From Aureliella sp. (GTDB lineage: Bacteria > Planctomycetota > Planctomycetia > Pirellulales > Pirellulaceae), in assembly GCA_963691875.1 (NCBI GenBank), contig OY829846.1:672001-736000 (forward strand): a stretch of 64,000 nt of DNA, given 5' to 3'. A model generated the notes under the pieces. The model saw only the letters and a list, made by a program, of their open reading frames with translations. It made no database searches and was not told the origin of the DNA. This document shows positions 44,160 through 54,338 of the stretch, piece by piece. The number at the start of each line of letters is the position of its first letter. Positions within the stretch are counted from its first letter, which is position 1. The position numbers and the translations under genes were made by a program.

Positions 44160-45881
44160 CTACAGCCCAAGTACATCGACGCCCTGCTCGAACACGACAT
44201 CGACGGGGATCCCCTTGGCAGAGAGCTGTTCAAGATCGGCCTGGAGCTGCGGACCGATGACACCCATCTCGGCGGTCAAATCTTGAGCTCCTTCGAAATC
44301 ACCGTCACCTTGGATCTGAAGCAGCTTGCCAGCCAATGACTTCGTCGCTTCAGCGAACTTTTCGGTGACAACTCGATACTTGCCATCGGCTCCGCGTTGA
44401 AAAGCTCCAAGACTTTTGAAGTAGTTGAAGCGAATCATGTTCGCTCGACCATGCGCGCTTGCTGCACCAAATCGAACGCTCCGAAAGATACCAGCCATGA
44501 ACGTCGTGTAGAAAGTGCCCAAGTCAGCTTCAATCTCGCCTTGCTCATGCAGCTGCTGAATCATGTAAAGGCCGAGGATGTCTGCTTTGCCTTCCTCGAT
44601 TGTAGAGGCTGTGTTTTTCAAGGCTTCGCGGACAGTGCCTCGTCCGTTTATCGTATTCTTAATGCCCAAGCCATGTGCGACTTCGTGAAACATGGTGTTG
44701 GAGAAGAATGCATCAAACGTAATGTTGCGCCGTTGGTCCTCCGCGATCAACTCATCTGCAATCGGCAAAAGAATCTTGTCGAACTTGGCACGCATTGCAT
44801 TTTTGAGTTGCAGCCTTCGAGTGCCACGTTGCAGCTGGACTTGCTCGTCGTTTGGCAAGTTGATGGCAATCGTTTTAGATCCTGCGTTGCAGTCTCCAGC
44901 ATAGTAGACGACGTCGTAAGCATTGAGATCCGTGTCGGTCCCCGGCTCTTCCTTCTTGTACTTGGCGGGAACAGGCAGATTGCGTTGCAGTTCCGGCAGG
45001 AACTGTTTGTACTTCGCCAATCGATTGCTCCATGGCAAGTCTTTGATCAGCACATAACACTCATGAGCCGCTTTGTATTCAAACATCCGGTCCTCATAGG
45101 TTTCGATTGGACCGATGACCACGTCGAGCCTATTGTCTTTCATCTCCAGCCAAGCAAAATCACTGGGCTGATAGTCATCCGTAAGCAAAGCTTTTGCACG
45201 TAGACTCAAATAACGTTTGAGCCCCTGCGAAGGAGCCAACTCGGCGCATTGTTCCAAAAGTTTCGCGGCGGCAGTCGTCTGAGCTTTGAAAACTTCTCGA
45301 TACGGAACCGTGATCAGTTTTCCAGCTGAGTCACGCCGCAAAAACGTGTAAAGGCTGTCTTTGCCAGCGAGATTTGCAGCTTCAAACTCTTCGGCCGTCA
45401 TATCCTTCGGATAAAAGTTTGCTCCAGCAGGCTTTGGGCCAACACCAGGCAGAAAGGGCTTGTTATCGCCCAGGCGATCCCATGGTCCATAGTTCAGTGC
45501 GATGTAGCGTCTTGCGTCGTCGCCAGCTCCAGATAACAAAGCAGCTTTAGCTTCGTTATCGCCGTATGCCTCGTACCAGAAGCAATCATCCATGAGCTTG
45601 GCTGCCTTGATCAGCAACGGAATCATTCTCTTTTCGCTCGGGCTAAGCACCGAGAGGTCGCTACTCAGCCGCACTGGAACGTACTGCCCAAGCAACGCCT
45701 TCAATTCCGGTTCTGCGGAATCGAATTGAGGGCGGGCCGGAAGGGCTGAAACTTGGCAAAGAACGGGCAGCAGGCATACGAGCAGAAGATTGAGCTGCCG
45801 ACGAAAGGGAGCGCAGCATTGACAGGTAACGAGCATCGTATTTCGGTTGATCATAAAGAAACTACCGTTCATTTTGTGCAT
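44160..45881 (-). CDS. Dipeptidyl-peptidase III (M49)-family zinc hydrolase
   Basis: GPIETYED, IAINLPND, HEVAHGLG, EEGKADILGL. Start uncertain. Confidence 0.82.
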   Translation of the reverse strand: MHKMNGSFFMINRNTMLVTCQCCAPFRRQLNLLLVCLLPVLCQVSALPARPQFDSAEPELKALLGQYVPVRLSSDLSVLSPSEKRMIPLLIKAAKLMDDCFWYEAYGDNEAKAALLSGAGDDARRYIALNYGPWDRLGDNKPFLPGVGPKPAGANFYPKDMTAEEFEAANLAGKDSLYTFLRRDSAGKLITVPYREVFKAQTTAAAKLLEQCAELAPSQGLKRYLSLRAKALLTDDYQPSDFAWLEMKDNRLDVVIGPIETYEDRMFEYKAAHECYVLIKDLPWSNRLAKYKQFLPELQRNLPVPAKYKKEEPGTDTDLNAYDVVYYAGDCNAGSKTIAINLPNDEQVQLQRGTRRLQLKNAMRAKFDKILLPIADELIAEDQRRNITFDAFFSNTMFHEVAHGLGIKNTINGRGTVREALKNTASTIEEGKADILGLYMIQQLHEQGEIEADLGTFYTTFMAGIFRSVRFGAASAHGRANMIRFNYFKSLGAFQRGADGKYRVVTEKFAEATKSLAGKLLQIQGDGDFEGAQDLTAEMGVIGPQLQADLEQLSAKGIPVDVVFEQGVDVLGL

Positions 45882-46168
45882 AGATCCAAAGTAGGAGCGA
45901 ATCGCGGCGATAGGCTCGTCGAGCAGAAAGGCTCACAAGCCAACGCAGCGGCTGACCGCAAACGGACCGAAAATGGCCTTTGAGTCAGCTTAGCGGTAGA
46001 AATAGCTTCAAAACAGCCGCAGCAAGCCCGTTTTGCGGCAAGAATGTGGTAGTGGAAGCCCTCAAAAGTTGAGTACACTAAGGAGCAGCGTTTCACTCTA
46101 TTCATGCTAGGTGCCAGTGAGGTGCCAGCAAGTCAGCAACCTTCCATATTTGCTGGCCTTTTAATTAT

Positions 46169-47869
46169 TTGAAAATCTTGGAGTTCATCCGCATGATCGG
46201 CTGGAACCGAATCGCCTGCAAAATAGCTCTTACGGGGTGTGCGGTATTTTTTTCTGCGGTCTTCGTTGCAAACGCACAGAAGCCAATACCAGAGCCTGAG
46301 ATTGCCCAGGTCAAGAAGATTAACGAAGTCTTTTCGCAACAGTGGAGGGACTATCAAATTAATCCGTCCCCAGTTGAGGCGGACGGAAAGTGGTGCCGTC
46401 GAGTCTACTTGGATTTGGTCGGCCGAATTCCAACCTTCCAAGAACTTAACAGCTTCGTAAGAGACAATGACAAGCGAAAGCGCGAAAAACTGGTCGATAC
46501 GCTGCTGAACGATAGCAAGCATGTCAGCGAGTACGCAAATCACTGGGGCACGATCTGGAGCAACATCCTGATCGGCCGAACGGGTGGAACTGCTCGGGAT
46601 TCTTTTGTGAGTCGTGATGGGATGGCGAAGTATCTGCGTGATTGCTTTGCCCGCAACAAGCCTTACAACCAGATGGCCTATGAACTCGTCACAGCGACAG
46701 GCTCTTCGAAACCTGGTACGGAGAACTACAACGGGGCCGTCAATTTCTTGATTGACAAAGTCAACGATGAGGACGGTACACTTGCTACGTCAGCTACTTC
46801 AAAGGTCTTCCTTGGTTTGCAGGTTCAATGCACGCAGTGTCATAACCACCCCTTCAATCAGTGGAAGCAACAAAAGTTCTGGGAATTTAATGCGTTCTTC
46901 CGACAGTCTCGTGCCCTCAGACGCTACGTGCCGGGAACTCGGGACATTGATCACGGTGAACTCGTGAATCAAGATTTTGCAGGCGAGGGTGGAAGGCCTT
47001 CGGAAGCAGAGATCTATTACTATCTACGAAACGGCGTTACCAGTGTTGCATACCCAGTTTTTACGGACGGAACGCCGATCAGCCGAAGTGGTTACGTATC
47101 GGACGTTATTCGCCGAACTGAGCTAGGAAAGCTCATGATGGGCAGCGAGTACTTGGACAAGATGATTGTCAATCGCATGTGGGCTCATTTCATGGGCTAT
47201 GGCTTCACAAAGCCCATTGACGATTTGGGGCCACATACGACCGTTTCTCACCCGGAATTGCTTGATTATCTCGGCGAAGAGTTCCGCAAGTCGAGTTATG
47301 ACATGAAGGCATTGATGCGTTGGATCACACTGTCTCGGCCTTATCAACTCAGTAGCAAGATCTCGAGCGGCAATTCTGGTGACGACCCAACCATCGGCGA
47401 GACTCCGCAATTTAGCCACTTTTACCTAAGGCAGATGAGTGCAGAACAGCTCTACCATTCGCTGGTACATGTAGGTGGCCAGGCTAAGGGCTCTCTGGAA
47501 CAGCAGCAGCGAGAGCGTGACCGTTGGTTGTCGCAATTCTCCGTCGCATTTGGAACTGATGAAGGAGACGAAGCGACGACTTTCAACGGCTCGATTCCTC
47601 AAGCCTTGATGCTGTTCAATGGTGACTTGGTGAAGCGTTCGACCTCAGTCGATAAGGGGGCCTGGCTGAACAACATCGCTAATGCGAAGGCCAAGTACCC
47701 CGAGAAAGTAAACATGCTGTTAATGGCTGGTATGGCGCGCAAGGCCACAGTGGATGAGCAGAAAATAGCGGGCCAGCTTTTGCGGGTCCGCTCAGGCAAG
47801 ACAGCGGATGCTTTGCAAGACCTTTGGTGGGCCGTGTTAAACAGCAATGAGTTTATCTTAGTGCAGTAA
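46169..47869 (+). CDS. DUF1549/DUF1553 (PSCyt2/PSD1) protein
   Basis: RRVYLDLVGRIPT, FLGLQVQCTQCHNHPF, IVNRMWAHFMGYG, SHPELLDYL, PQALMLFNG, DLWWAVLNSNEF. Start may be ATG 46193. Confidence 0.9.
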   Translation: MKILEFIRMIGWNRIACKIALTGCAVFFSAVFVANAQKPIPEPEIAQVKKINEVFSQQWRDYQINPSPVEADGKWCRRVYLDLVGRIPTFQELNSFVRDNDKRKREKLVDTLLNDSKHVSEYANHWGTIWSNILIGRTGGTARDSFVSRDGMAKYLRDCFARNKPYNQMAYELVTATGSSKPGTENYNGAVNFLIDKVNDEDGTLATSATSKVFLGLQVQCTQCHNHPFNQWKQQKFWEFNAFFRQSRALRRYVPGTRDIDHGELVNQDFAGEGGRPSEAEIYYYLRNGVTSVAYPVFTDGTPISRSGYVSDVIRRTELGKLMMGSEYLDKMIVNRMWAHFMGYGFTKPIDDLGPHTTVSHPELLDYLGEEFRKSSYDMKALMRWITLSRPYQLSSKISSGNSGDDPTIGETPQFSHFYLRQMSAEQLYHSLVHVGGQAKGSLEQQQRERDRWLSQFSVAFGTDEGDEATTFNGSIPQALMLFNGDLVKRSTSVDKGAWLNNIANAKAKYPEKVNMLLMAGMARKATVDEQKIAGQLLRVRSGKTADALQDLWWAVLNSNEFILVQ

Positions 47870-47947
47870 TCCGGATAGTAATTTCGATGCAACCTTATAT
47901 CCGTGTGCGTGCACGGATGAGCGAAGACTCAACAAGGAGAATCCCCG

Positions 47948-49222
47948 ATGCTTTGGCAAAACAACTCTACTCCTCGAGGAATGAGCCGTAGACACTTCAT
48001 GAAGCACACGGCTGGTGCTTCAGCGCTCGCTGGTTCCGCCATGGCAATGGGGAACTCGATCCGGGTGCATGCTGACGAACTGAAGAAGCAGAATAAGTCA
48101 GCAATTTTGCTTTGGATGGGTGGTGGCCCAGCCACCATCGACCTTTGGGACTTGAAGCCTGGTGCTTCCACTGGAGGTCCATTCCGGCCCATTTCAACTA
48201 CTGGTGACATGCAGATCTGTGAGCATCTACCGATGGTTGCAAAGCAAATGCACAACCTTTCGATTGTTCGCTCAATGAGCACTCGCGAGGCAGATCACGG
48301 GCGTGGAAGATACTACATGCACACGGGCTTCGTCCCCAATCCAAGTATTGAGCACCCGAGCTATGGCTCTGTCATCTCACACGAAATGATGGCCAACCGC
48401 GAAGACCTTGAAATCCCTCCTTTTGTGTCCGTTGGTGGTGCTAGCGAAGGTCCCGGCTTCCTTGGGATGGCTTGGGCTCCGTTCTCAGTTAGTAGCACGG
48501 GCCGAATTGACAACTTGGACATGAAGTTAACGGACTCTCGTTTGGCTCAGCGGATGGAAACGCTCAAGCTGATCGAAGGCAGCTTCATCAAGCAAAATCG
48601 TGGTCCAGCGGCAATGGATCACGCCAAAATTCTGAAAAAGACATTTGACTTGATGACCAGTGCTCAGATGGAAGCTTTTGAGGTCTCCAAAGAACCAGAC
48701 GCAATGACCGAGCGTTACGGTGATACGGGCTTTGGCCGCGGCTGCTTGATGGCACGTCGTTTGGTAGAAGTTGGGGTGCCTTTTATAGAAGTCAACATGG
48801 GCGGTTGGGACAACCACCAGAACATTCACCAAACTCTGGAAACTCGTCTTCCTGAAATGGATCGAGCCATGAGTGCTTTGGTGGAAGACCTTGAGCAAAG
48901 AGGTCTTATTGAGAACACAGCCGTGATCTGGATGGGTGAGTTCGGACGAACTCCAACAATCAATGGCAACGGTGGTCGTGACCACTGGGCTCGATCCTGG
49001 AGTGTTGTCGCCGGTGGTGGCGGAATCAAGGGTGGTCTTGCAGTCGGCGAAACTGATGAGGAAGGTCGCCGAGTTATCACCGAGCCTTATTCTGCGGAAG
49101 ACATGATGGCTACAGTTTGCAAAGGCTTGGGCATCAATTTGGAGACGACTTACCAGAGCAAGAGCGGTCGCCCAATGAAGATCGCAAATGGCGGTAAAAT
49201 TATCAAGGAATTGATTGCTTGA
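47948..49222 (+). CDS. DUF1501 Tat-exported protein
   Basis: SRRHFMK Tat signal, LLWMGGGP..DLWDLKP, GCLMARRLVE.GV, GWDNH, MGEFGRTP, GRDHW. Confidence 0.92.
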   Translation: MLWQNNSTPRGMSRRHFMKHTAGASALAGSAMAMGNSIRVHADELKKQNKSAILLWMGGGPATIDLWDLKPGASTGGPFRPISTTGDMQICEHLPMVAKQMHNLSIVRSMSTREADHGRGRYYMHTGFVPNPSIEHPSYGSVISHEMMANREDLEIPPFVSVGGASEGPGFLGMAWAPFSVSSTGRIDNLDMKLTDSRLAQRMETLKLIEGSFIKQNRGPAAMDHAKILKKTFDLMTSAQMEAFEVSKEPDAMTERYGDTGFGRGCLMARRLVEVGVPFIEVNMGGWDNHQNIHQTLETRLPEMDRAMSALVEDLEQRGLIENTAVIWMGEFGRTPTINGNGGRDHWARSWSVVAGGGGIKGGLAVGETDEEGRRVITEPYSAEDMMATVCKGLGINLETTYQSKSGRPMKIANGGKIIKELIA

Positions 49223-49269
49223 TGACCCTCTAGGCCCTAAGGAGCCTAGACTGCCTTAAAGAACCAGGA

Positions 49270-49845
49270 GTGTTAGTGGCGACCAACGGTGGCGTTTCCA
49301 AGATGGAAGAGGACAGCAAAACCGCTGCCTCTTCCTCTGGCGGCGAGCAAGTGGAATTGGATTTGACCGAACTGGTTGCACGGCATCAAGTTGCCGTGTG
49401 GCGTTATCTCCGCGCATTGGGGGCCGAACCAGCCTTGGCAGATGACCTGACGCAAGACACGTTCTTGGAGATTATGCGAAAGCCGTTCACTCAATACAGC
49501 GATGCGGCTACCGCGAGTTACCTTCGACGTGTAGCACACAATTTGTTTATCTCGCGTCGACGGCGAGATGTCCGAATGACGGTCACCGAACACGCTGAGA
49601 AATTTGAGTCGGCTTGGGTCCGCTGGGCTGGATTCGACTCAGGCAACGCAGCATTGGATGCCTTGTCCGATTGCTTTGAGCGGCTGACCGAGCGAGCCAG
49701 ATTGGCTTTGCGACTTCGCTTTTCTGGCGAATCAACTCGTGAAGCAATTGCTGGAGAGCTGGGCATTACCGAGCATGGTGCGAAAAATCTGATGCAGAGA
49801 GCGAAAGCACAACTACGTGACTGCGTAGAAAGAAAGATCACATGA
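49270..49845 (+). CDS. ECF-type RNA polymerase sigma factor
   Basis: Region 2 (LVARHQ..VWRYL..ADDLTQDTFL..YLRRVAHN) and region 4 (LRF..EAIAGELG..KNLMQRAK.QLRDC). Start GTG 49270 or ATG 49303. Confidence 0.88.
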   Translation: MLVATNGGVSKMEEDSKTAASSSGGEQVELDLTELVARHQVAVWRYLRALGAEPALADDLTQDTFLEIMRKPFTQYSDAATASYLRRVAHNLFISRRRRDVRMTVTEHAEKFESAWVRWAGFDSGNAALDALSDCFERLTERARLALRLRFSGESTREAIAGELGITEHGAKNLMQRAKAQLRDCVERKIT

Positions 49846-51950
49846 GTGAAGAATACTCAGATCAAATACTTGACTACCTGACAGAAGAGATGCTCAATGG
49901 TCCAAGTCCGCCAGATTTATCTGAGCGGATTGAAGCTGCGTGGGCTGCGGAAAAGGATGCGCAATCGACCGGTGCCAAAGTCGTCACAAACACCCAACTT
50001 CCGTCTGTAGATGCAGCAGTTCTGTCACAACCGCCAGTTGCGCCACCCGTTCAGACTCGCAAGAAGTCCTTCCAGTCCACCGAGAAACGTTCTCCCTGGA
50101 TACCCGCCTTGGCCGCGAGTGCTGCCTTGCTTCTCGCCGCAATCTTTTGGACTGTCTGGCCGGAAGATGGCAATGATGTCGCTGAGGGAGAAGGCGGCGG
50201 AGAAGCTACACAGGTTGAAGATCTACCCAACCAGCCATCCGACACAAGCTTGGCAGGAGCGTCAAACACCAATAAGGCACGTGCTGCCAATCTTGACTCA
50301 CGACAAAAACAGTCGCCGAAAGAAGAGTTGAATTTAGACAACCTTCCATTCGACACTTCTCCAAGTGGCATTCAACCAGAAAAAGAAACGCAGCTTGCGA
50401 TCAATCAGGAGATCGCTACGCCACTTGAAGCTTCAGCAATTGTTGGGTCAGTCAATCAGCATTTCGCTGAGATTTGGGCCGCTATTGGCGTGCAGGCTAG
50501 CGACCGGCTCGCAGAGCCATTGTTAAAGAACAAGATTTTGCTCAATCTGATCGGCGCGGAATCTCTTGCTGAAACCAGCGGAAGCCTCGAAATCGATCCT
50601 GAATTGCAGCAGGCCGCCTTTGTTCAGCAGTTAATGGAGACACCCGAAGCGGCATCGCTTCTCGCGAAGAAGTTAGCCAGTACTCTCGTAGTGCGTAACC
50701 CTCGTGAACTTGACGAAGCGGATGGCACTGTCTTTACGAATTTGGCGAGCGAAGCAATCTCAGGTGGGCAGGATTGGAATCAGTTTGTTCAGAGTGTGCT
50801 TGAAGCAGATCTCTCAACGGAAGCCAAACGCCCGCTTGATGTCGCTGCTAAGTTTGTTTTTCGCAAGCTGGCAGTAGGTGACAAACACCGGATGATGAAT
50901 CGCTTGGGCAGCAACTTGCTTAACACAAACTCTAGCTGCGTTCGCTGTCACGACAACAAATCTTCAGCGTCGCCAACTCTGGCGAAGCAGGAATCATATT
51001 GGTCCATAGTCGCTCTCCTTAACGGGGTTCAGGTCAGGCGTAACGCGGATGACGGGTCTCTGAACTTGACTGACAAGCAGGCTGAGATTTTCGCGAATAA
51101 ATCACCAGTCGTCTACTACACTCTGCCTGATGGCCAAGTGCTATCTACAACCGCCAAGATCCCTGGAGGGGTTGAGTGGGATAAAACTGAAGCCGAGTCA
51201 CCTCGAGCCGCATTGGCCGCTTGGGTTTCTGATTCAACCCGAATGGACCAAGCAGTTGTTAATCAGACATGGAAACTGCTGTTCGGTCGGCACCTTGTGC
51301 CCCAGGTTCAAGGTATCGATGTAGTTGCGATTCCACAGCGGCAAGCTGTACTAGACATGCTTGCGACCCAGTATCGCGCGCATGGTCGTGATGTACGATC
51401 TTTGGTCACCTGGCTTGCAAGTACCGATTTGTATGCTCAAGCACCTGTCTCAATTTCAAGACAACAGTGGCTTGAGGAGACTGATGAGGCCTTCGAGAAG
51501 CTACAACTTGCTGAACTAGCTTTTGCTGTCCCACTTTCGTTAGGAGTTGGTCGCGACGCAACGAGTCTGGCGAGTTCCTTGGACATGATGAATCGGTTTT
51601 CTGGGTTGGCCCCGACACTAACTAACCTGCCAACTACTTTAGCCCAGCCGAACACAGAGAAGCGGGGCAAGGGTAAGGAACTTGTGCTCGAAATGCCATC
51701 TGTTGGTTTCGTCGTGCACCGTAATCGGCCCACTGCGGCCGAGCTGAGCTTTGTGGACAAACTCCTCGGTGCAAGTGAGCTGAGCTGGGAAGAAAAAGTC
51801 GATCACGTCGTGTCCTTGTTCCCTGAGGTGAATGGCCGGCCGCATGATCTCGATACTAAGCTGCTTGAATATCACGACGGTAATGCAAAAGAGGCCCTGA
51901 TCACCCTTCTTTGGGCAGTCAAGAACAACGCCGCTCGCCCTTATAAGTAG
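49842..51950 (+). CDS. Putative anti-sigma factor with periplasmic DUF1549/DUF1553-like CxxCH domain
   Basis: ATGA overlap with the ECF stop, about 85-aa cytoplasmic N-terminus, one TM helix, CVRCH, and motifs paralleling the 46169 protein. Confidence 0.65.
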   Translation: MSEEYSDQILDYLTEEMLNGPSPPDLSERIEAAWAAEKDAQSTGAKVVTNTQLPSVDAAVLSQPPVAPPVQTRKKSFQSTEKRSPWIPALAASAALLLAAIFWTVWPEDGNDVAEGEGGGEATQVEDLPNQPSDTSLAGASNTNKARAANLDSRQKQSPKEELNLDNLPFDTSPSGIQPEKETQLAINQEIATPLEASAIVGSVNQHFAEIWAAIGVQASDRLAEPLLKNKILLNLIGAESLAETSGSLEIDPELQQAAFVQQLMETPEAASLLAKKLASTLVVRNPRELDEADGTVFTNLASEAISGGQDWNQFVQSVLEADLSTEAKRPLDVAAKFVFRKLAVGDKHRMMNRLGSNLLNTNSSCVRCHDNKSSASPTLAKQESYWSIVALLNGVQVRRNADDGSLNLTDKQAEIFANKSPVVYYTLPDGQVLSTTAKIPGGVEWDKTEAESPRAALAAWVSDSTRMDQAVVNQTWKLLFGRHLVPQVQGIDVVAIPQRQAVLDMLATQYRAHGRDVRSLVTWLASTDLYAQAPVSISRQQWLEETDEAFEKLQLAELAFAVPLSLGVGRDATSLASSLDMMNRFSGLAPTLTNLPTTLAQPNTEKRGKGKELVLEMPSVGFVVHRNRPTAAELSFVDKLLGASELSWEEKVDHVVSLFPEVNGRPHDLDTKLLEYHDGNAKEALITLLWAVKNNAARPYK

Positions 51951-52204
51951 CGAAATTGACCTTTCTCGAAACGCGGGATCTCGTGCTTGTCGCGAGATCC
52001 CATGCAGTAACAGGGCCATCCTACCGCTGCCCTGCCCTGCGGTCTGCAACCAGACTTTCGTACCTGTCACACGACGCCAGGCGTTCGTATCACTCAAGCA
52101 ACTTCTGACGCCTTCAATCTGCTACCCTAAAGCACCACATGGGTAGGAAGCTGCTAAATCCCTTGGGCGGCTGACTTTACGTAACGCAAAACCTGAAGCC
52201 CCCA

Positions 52205-53353
52205 ATGCCTACTAACTCAGATTGCTTCGATGAAGGAAACTTCTATGCCCTGCTTCGCTTTCAGGAAGCGGCCGACGCACTTCGAATTTGCTTCGAACTA
52301 GAACTGGTGGAGTCACTCGGAGGCGATTCTCTTCAATGGGAATCACTATGCGATCGCTTTGGATTCACCACTCAGGGAGCCAGAACCTTTGGCTATCTAC
52401 TCGTCAGCATGAAGGTGCTTGAATGGATTGACCCGACGAAACCAGATCTTGGTCTCCGAGTCACCGAACTCGCCGAGCATGTTCTAGGCGTGGCAAGTTT
52501 GCAATCAAGGTTGCCCTATCTATCGATGGGATCGTCCGACTCAACTCGGGAGCTCATCAAAATGTTACAAGGTGATTTCGAGGCGAAGCCCCTTTACGTC
52601 GATGCAGCCAACGATGACTGCTTGATGGAATCTGTTGCGACAGAGAATGTTGCTCGCGAGATCGCCTATGGCCTTGCATCCCGAGCAAAGAATTTCGCCG
52701 AACCACTCGCCGGATTGATCTCTCGGTCCTTGAACGACCGCCCGATCGTCAACGAAAGCGAGAACCTTGTCTTGGCTGATCTCGGTGCTGGCTCGCCCTA
52801 TGTCGCAATTGCTTGCCTGCGACGACAGCACGAACGCATGTCAGCGGTTTTGGTTGATCAAGCCGCCGGGCTGAACTTCGCTCGCGAGATGTACAACGAA
52901 ATCCAATCGCCCAAACCGCCGCTGGGTTTTCTCGAGTCCAACATTTTTGAGCAGGTGCCCAAAGCGAACCACTACCTGCTCTCCAACACAGTTCACGACT
53001 GGCTGCCGCATCAATGTGTTAGACTCTTTAAAAACATCTCTGCCGCGGCTTCTGAACGTCTCACAATCACGATTCACGAGCCAATGCTATCGCCTGGAAA
53101 CCCAACTCCCCACGATCAATGGGATTCACTTTGGAAATCGTGTTATGGGCTGACACTCTACAAGCTTACAGGTGGGCAAGGCCGTTGCTACACTCTCGGC
53201 GAACATGTTTCGATGCTCAAGCAAGCTGGTTTTCTACAGGCATGTCAACCAGAGGCTACGAGTGACGGCTGCCTCGCCGTCGACTTCCAGCGAAAGGAAT
53301 TGGTTCGCCAACAGAGGACGCACTTCAGCAGAGCGGACTCTGAGGACTTATAA
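52205..53353 (+). CDS. SAM-dependent O-methyltransferase (dimerisation + Methyltransf_2-like)
   Basis: N-terminal winged-helix-like region, LADLGAGS, LLSNTVHDW, IHEPML. Confidence 0.78.
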   Translation: MPTNSDCFDEGNFYALLRFQEAADALRICFELELVESLGGDSLQWESLCDRFGFTTQGARTFGYLLVSMKVLEWIDPTKPDLGLRVTELAEHVLGVASLQSRLPYLSMGSSDSTRELIKMLQGDFEAKPLYVDAANDDCLMESVATENVAREIAYGLASRAKNFAEPLAGLISRSLNDRPIVNESENLVLADLGAGSPYVAIACLRRQHERMSAVLVDQAAGLNFAREMYNEIQSPKPPLGFLESNIFEQVPKANHYLLSNTVHDWLPHQCVRLFKNISAAASERLTITIHEPMLSPGNPTPHDQWDSLWKSCYGLTLYKLTGGQGRCYTLGEHVSMLKQAGFLQACQPEATSDGCLAVDFQRKELVRQQRTHFSRADSEDL

Positions 53354-53714
53354 ATGCAAGCCAATGCATTGCTTAACCTCCTCGTAATCAGCTCGACGGA
53401 CAGCGACCAAGCTTAGCATCCAACCAAGCTATCGGCCTCACAACCATCATACATACCCATGGAGATGGTCGAGAACACTATGTATCTGATCAAGGGCAGT
53501 TTGTCTTCCAGATCTATCCGCGTAGCGACTACCATACAACAAAATACGTTAGAATCGGATTTGTCGTTGATGAGCCCGACGAGGCCATTGAGAAGCTACG
53601 TCGGCTTAGCGCATCAATTCTGCCCGTTCCAGAATCTACACAATGGGGGGGCGGCGAGCAATTGTGTCAGACTTAGACGGCCATTGCGTTGAACTCACCG
53701 AGAAGTCGACCTAA
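53354..53714 (+). pseudogene. Frameshifted VOC/glyoxalase-family gene
   Basis: Three frames join to MQANALLNLLVISSTDSDQA / AIGL..HTHGDGREHY..FVFQIYP..RIGFVVD..STQWG / RRAIVSDLDGHCVELTEKST*. Breaks at about 53414 and in a G7 run at 53645-53651. Confidence 0.75.
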
Positions 53715-53753
53715 CAGAGCACAAAACTATCTCGCACCTCAATTGGCAGTCAA

Positions 53754-54152
53754 ATGATTCACGCTCAAAGAATTATCATTCTCACCCTTATCTTCACCCT
53801 TAGTGGTGCGATTGGCTGTGTTTTGCCGGGGCAGAGGCTACTGACAATTCAGATCGAACGAGACGACATGACCATCTTCAGCGGCAACTATGGGGTGCCG
53901 GACAATACACCGGTTGACAAAATGTTTGACATCGTTATCCAGGTCGATTTGGATGCGACCACGGCATATAGCAAGACGGTCAACTCACAGCAGAACGTTG
54001 AAGAACCGCAAGAAAGCCTGCCTGGTCAGCTAGTACTTCTAATTTTCCATAGTGACAAAGAGTTAGCACGACGAAACATCTCAAACCTTGAGATGTCTCA
54101 AGTCTCCGAAGGAAAGCACTGGCGCGTCAAAGAGATTGCCTATTCAAATTAA
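53754..54152 (+). CDS. Hypothetical lipoprotein
   Basis: Hydrophobic signal ending AIGC; 132 aa. Confidence 0.55.
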   Translation: MIHAQRIIILTLIFTLSGAIGCVLPGQRLLTIQIERDDMTIFSGNYGVPDNTPVDKMFDIVIQVDLDATTAYSKTVNSQQNVEEPQESLPGQLVLLIFHSDKELARRNISNLEMSQVSEGKHWRVKEIAYSN

Positions 54153-54338
54153 GCCAGAACTTCCCTTGGTCGGACTCGCCAGAACTCCTTTATTCCTTTT
54201 TGAGAAGGCTTGCCATACTGGAACATCCTGGCATTCGCTATGCGCAACCCAAAATTGCACCTGTAGTCATGAGCCAGCGAGAGCAGGAATACCGTAATGA
54301 AGAAGCAGTGTTTCTTGTGAATCCCACTACAATTCCCT

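Noticed and set aside
44670..44695. HExxH pentapeptide in the M49 peptidase instead of HExxGH as a novelty
   Set aside because: Pentapeptide-motif DPP III homologues are already known in bacteria and plants.
40348..45203. Long opposite-strand ORFs (40348-41256, 44397-45203)
   Set aside because: Antisense shadows of the well-supported kinase and M49 genes. The same applies to 25064-25699 and to the + strand ORFs over the DUF3987 gene.
51951..52204. Structured RNA or SAH riboswitch upstream of the methyltransferase
   Set aside because: Several hairpins (for example GGGATCTCG/CGAGATCCC) and a GCCAGGC word are present, but the GAGGAGCG element is missing. Not supportable without a covariance search.
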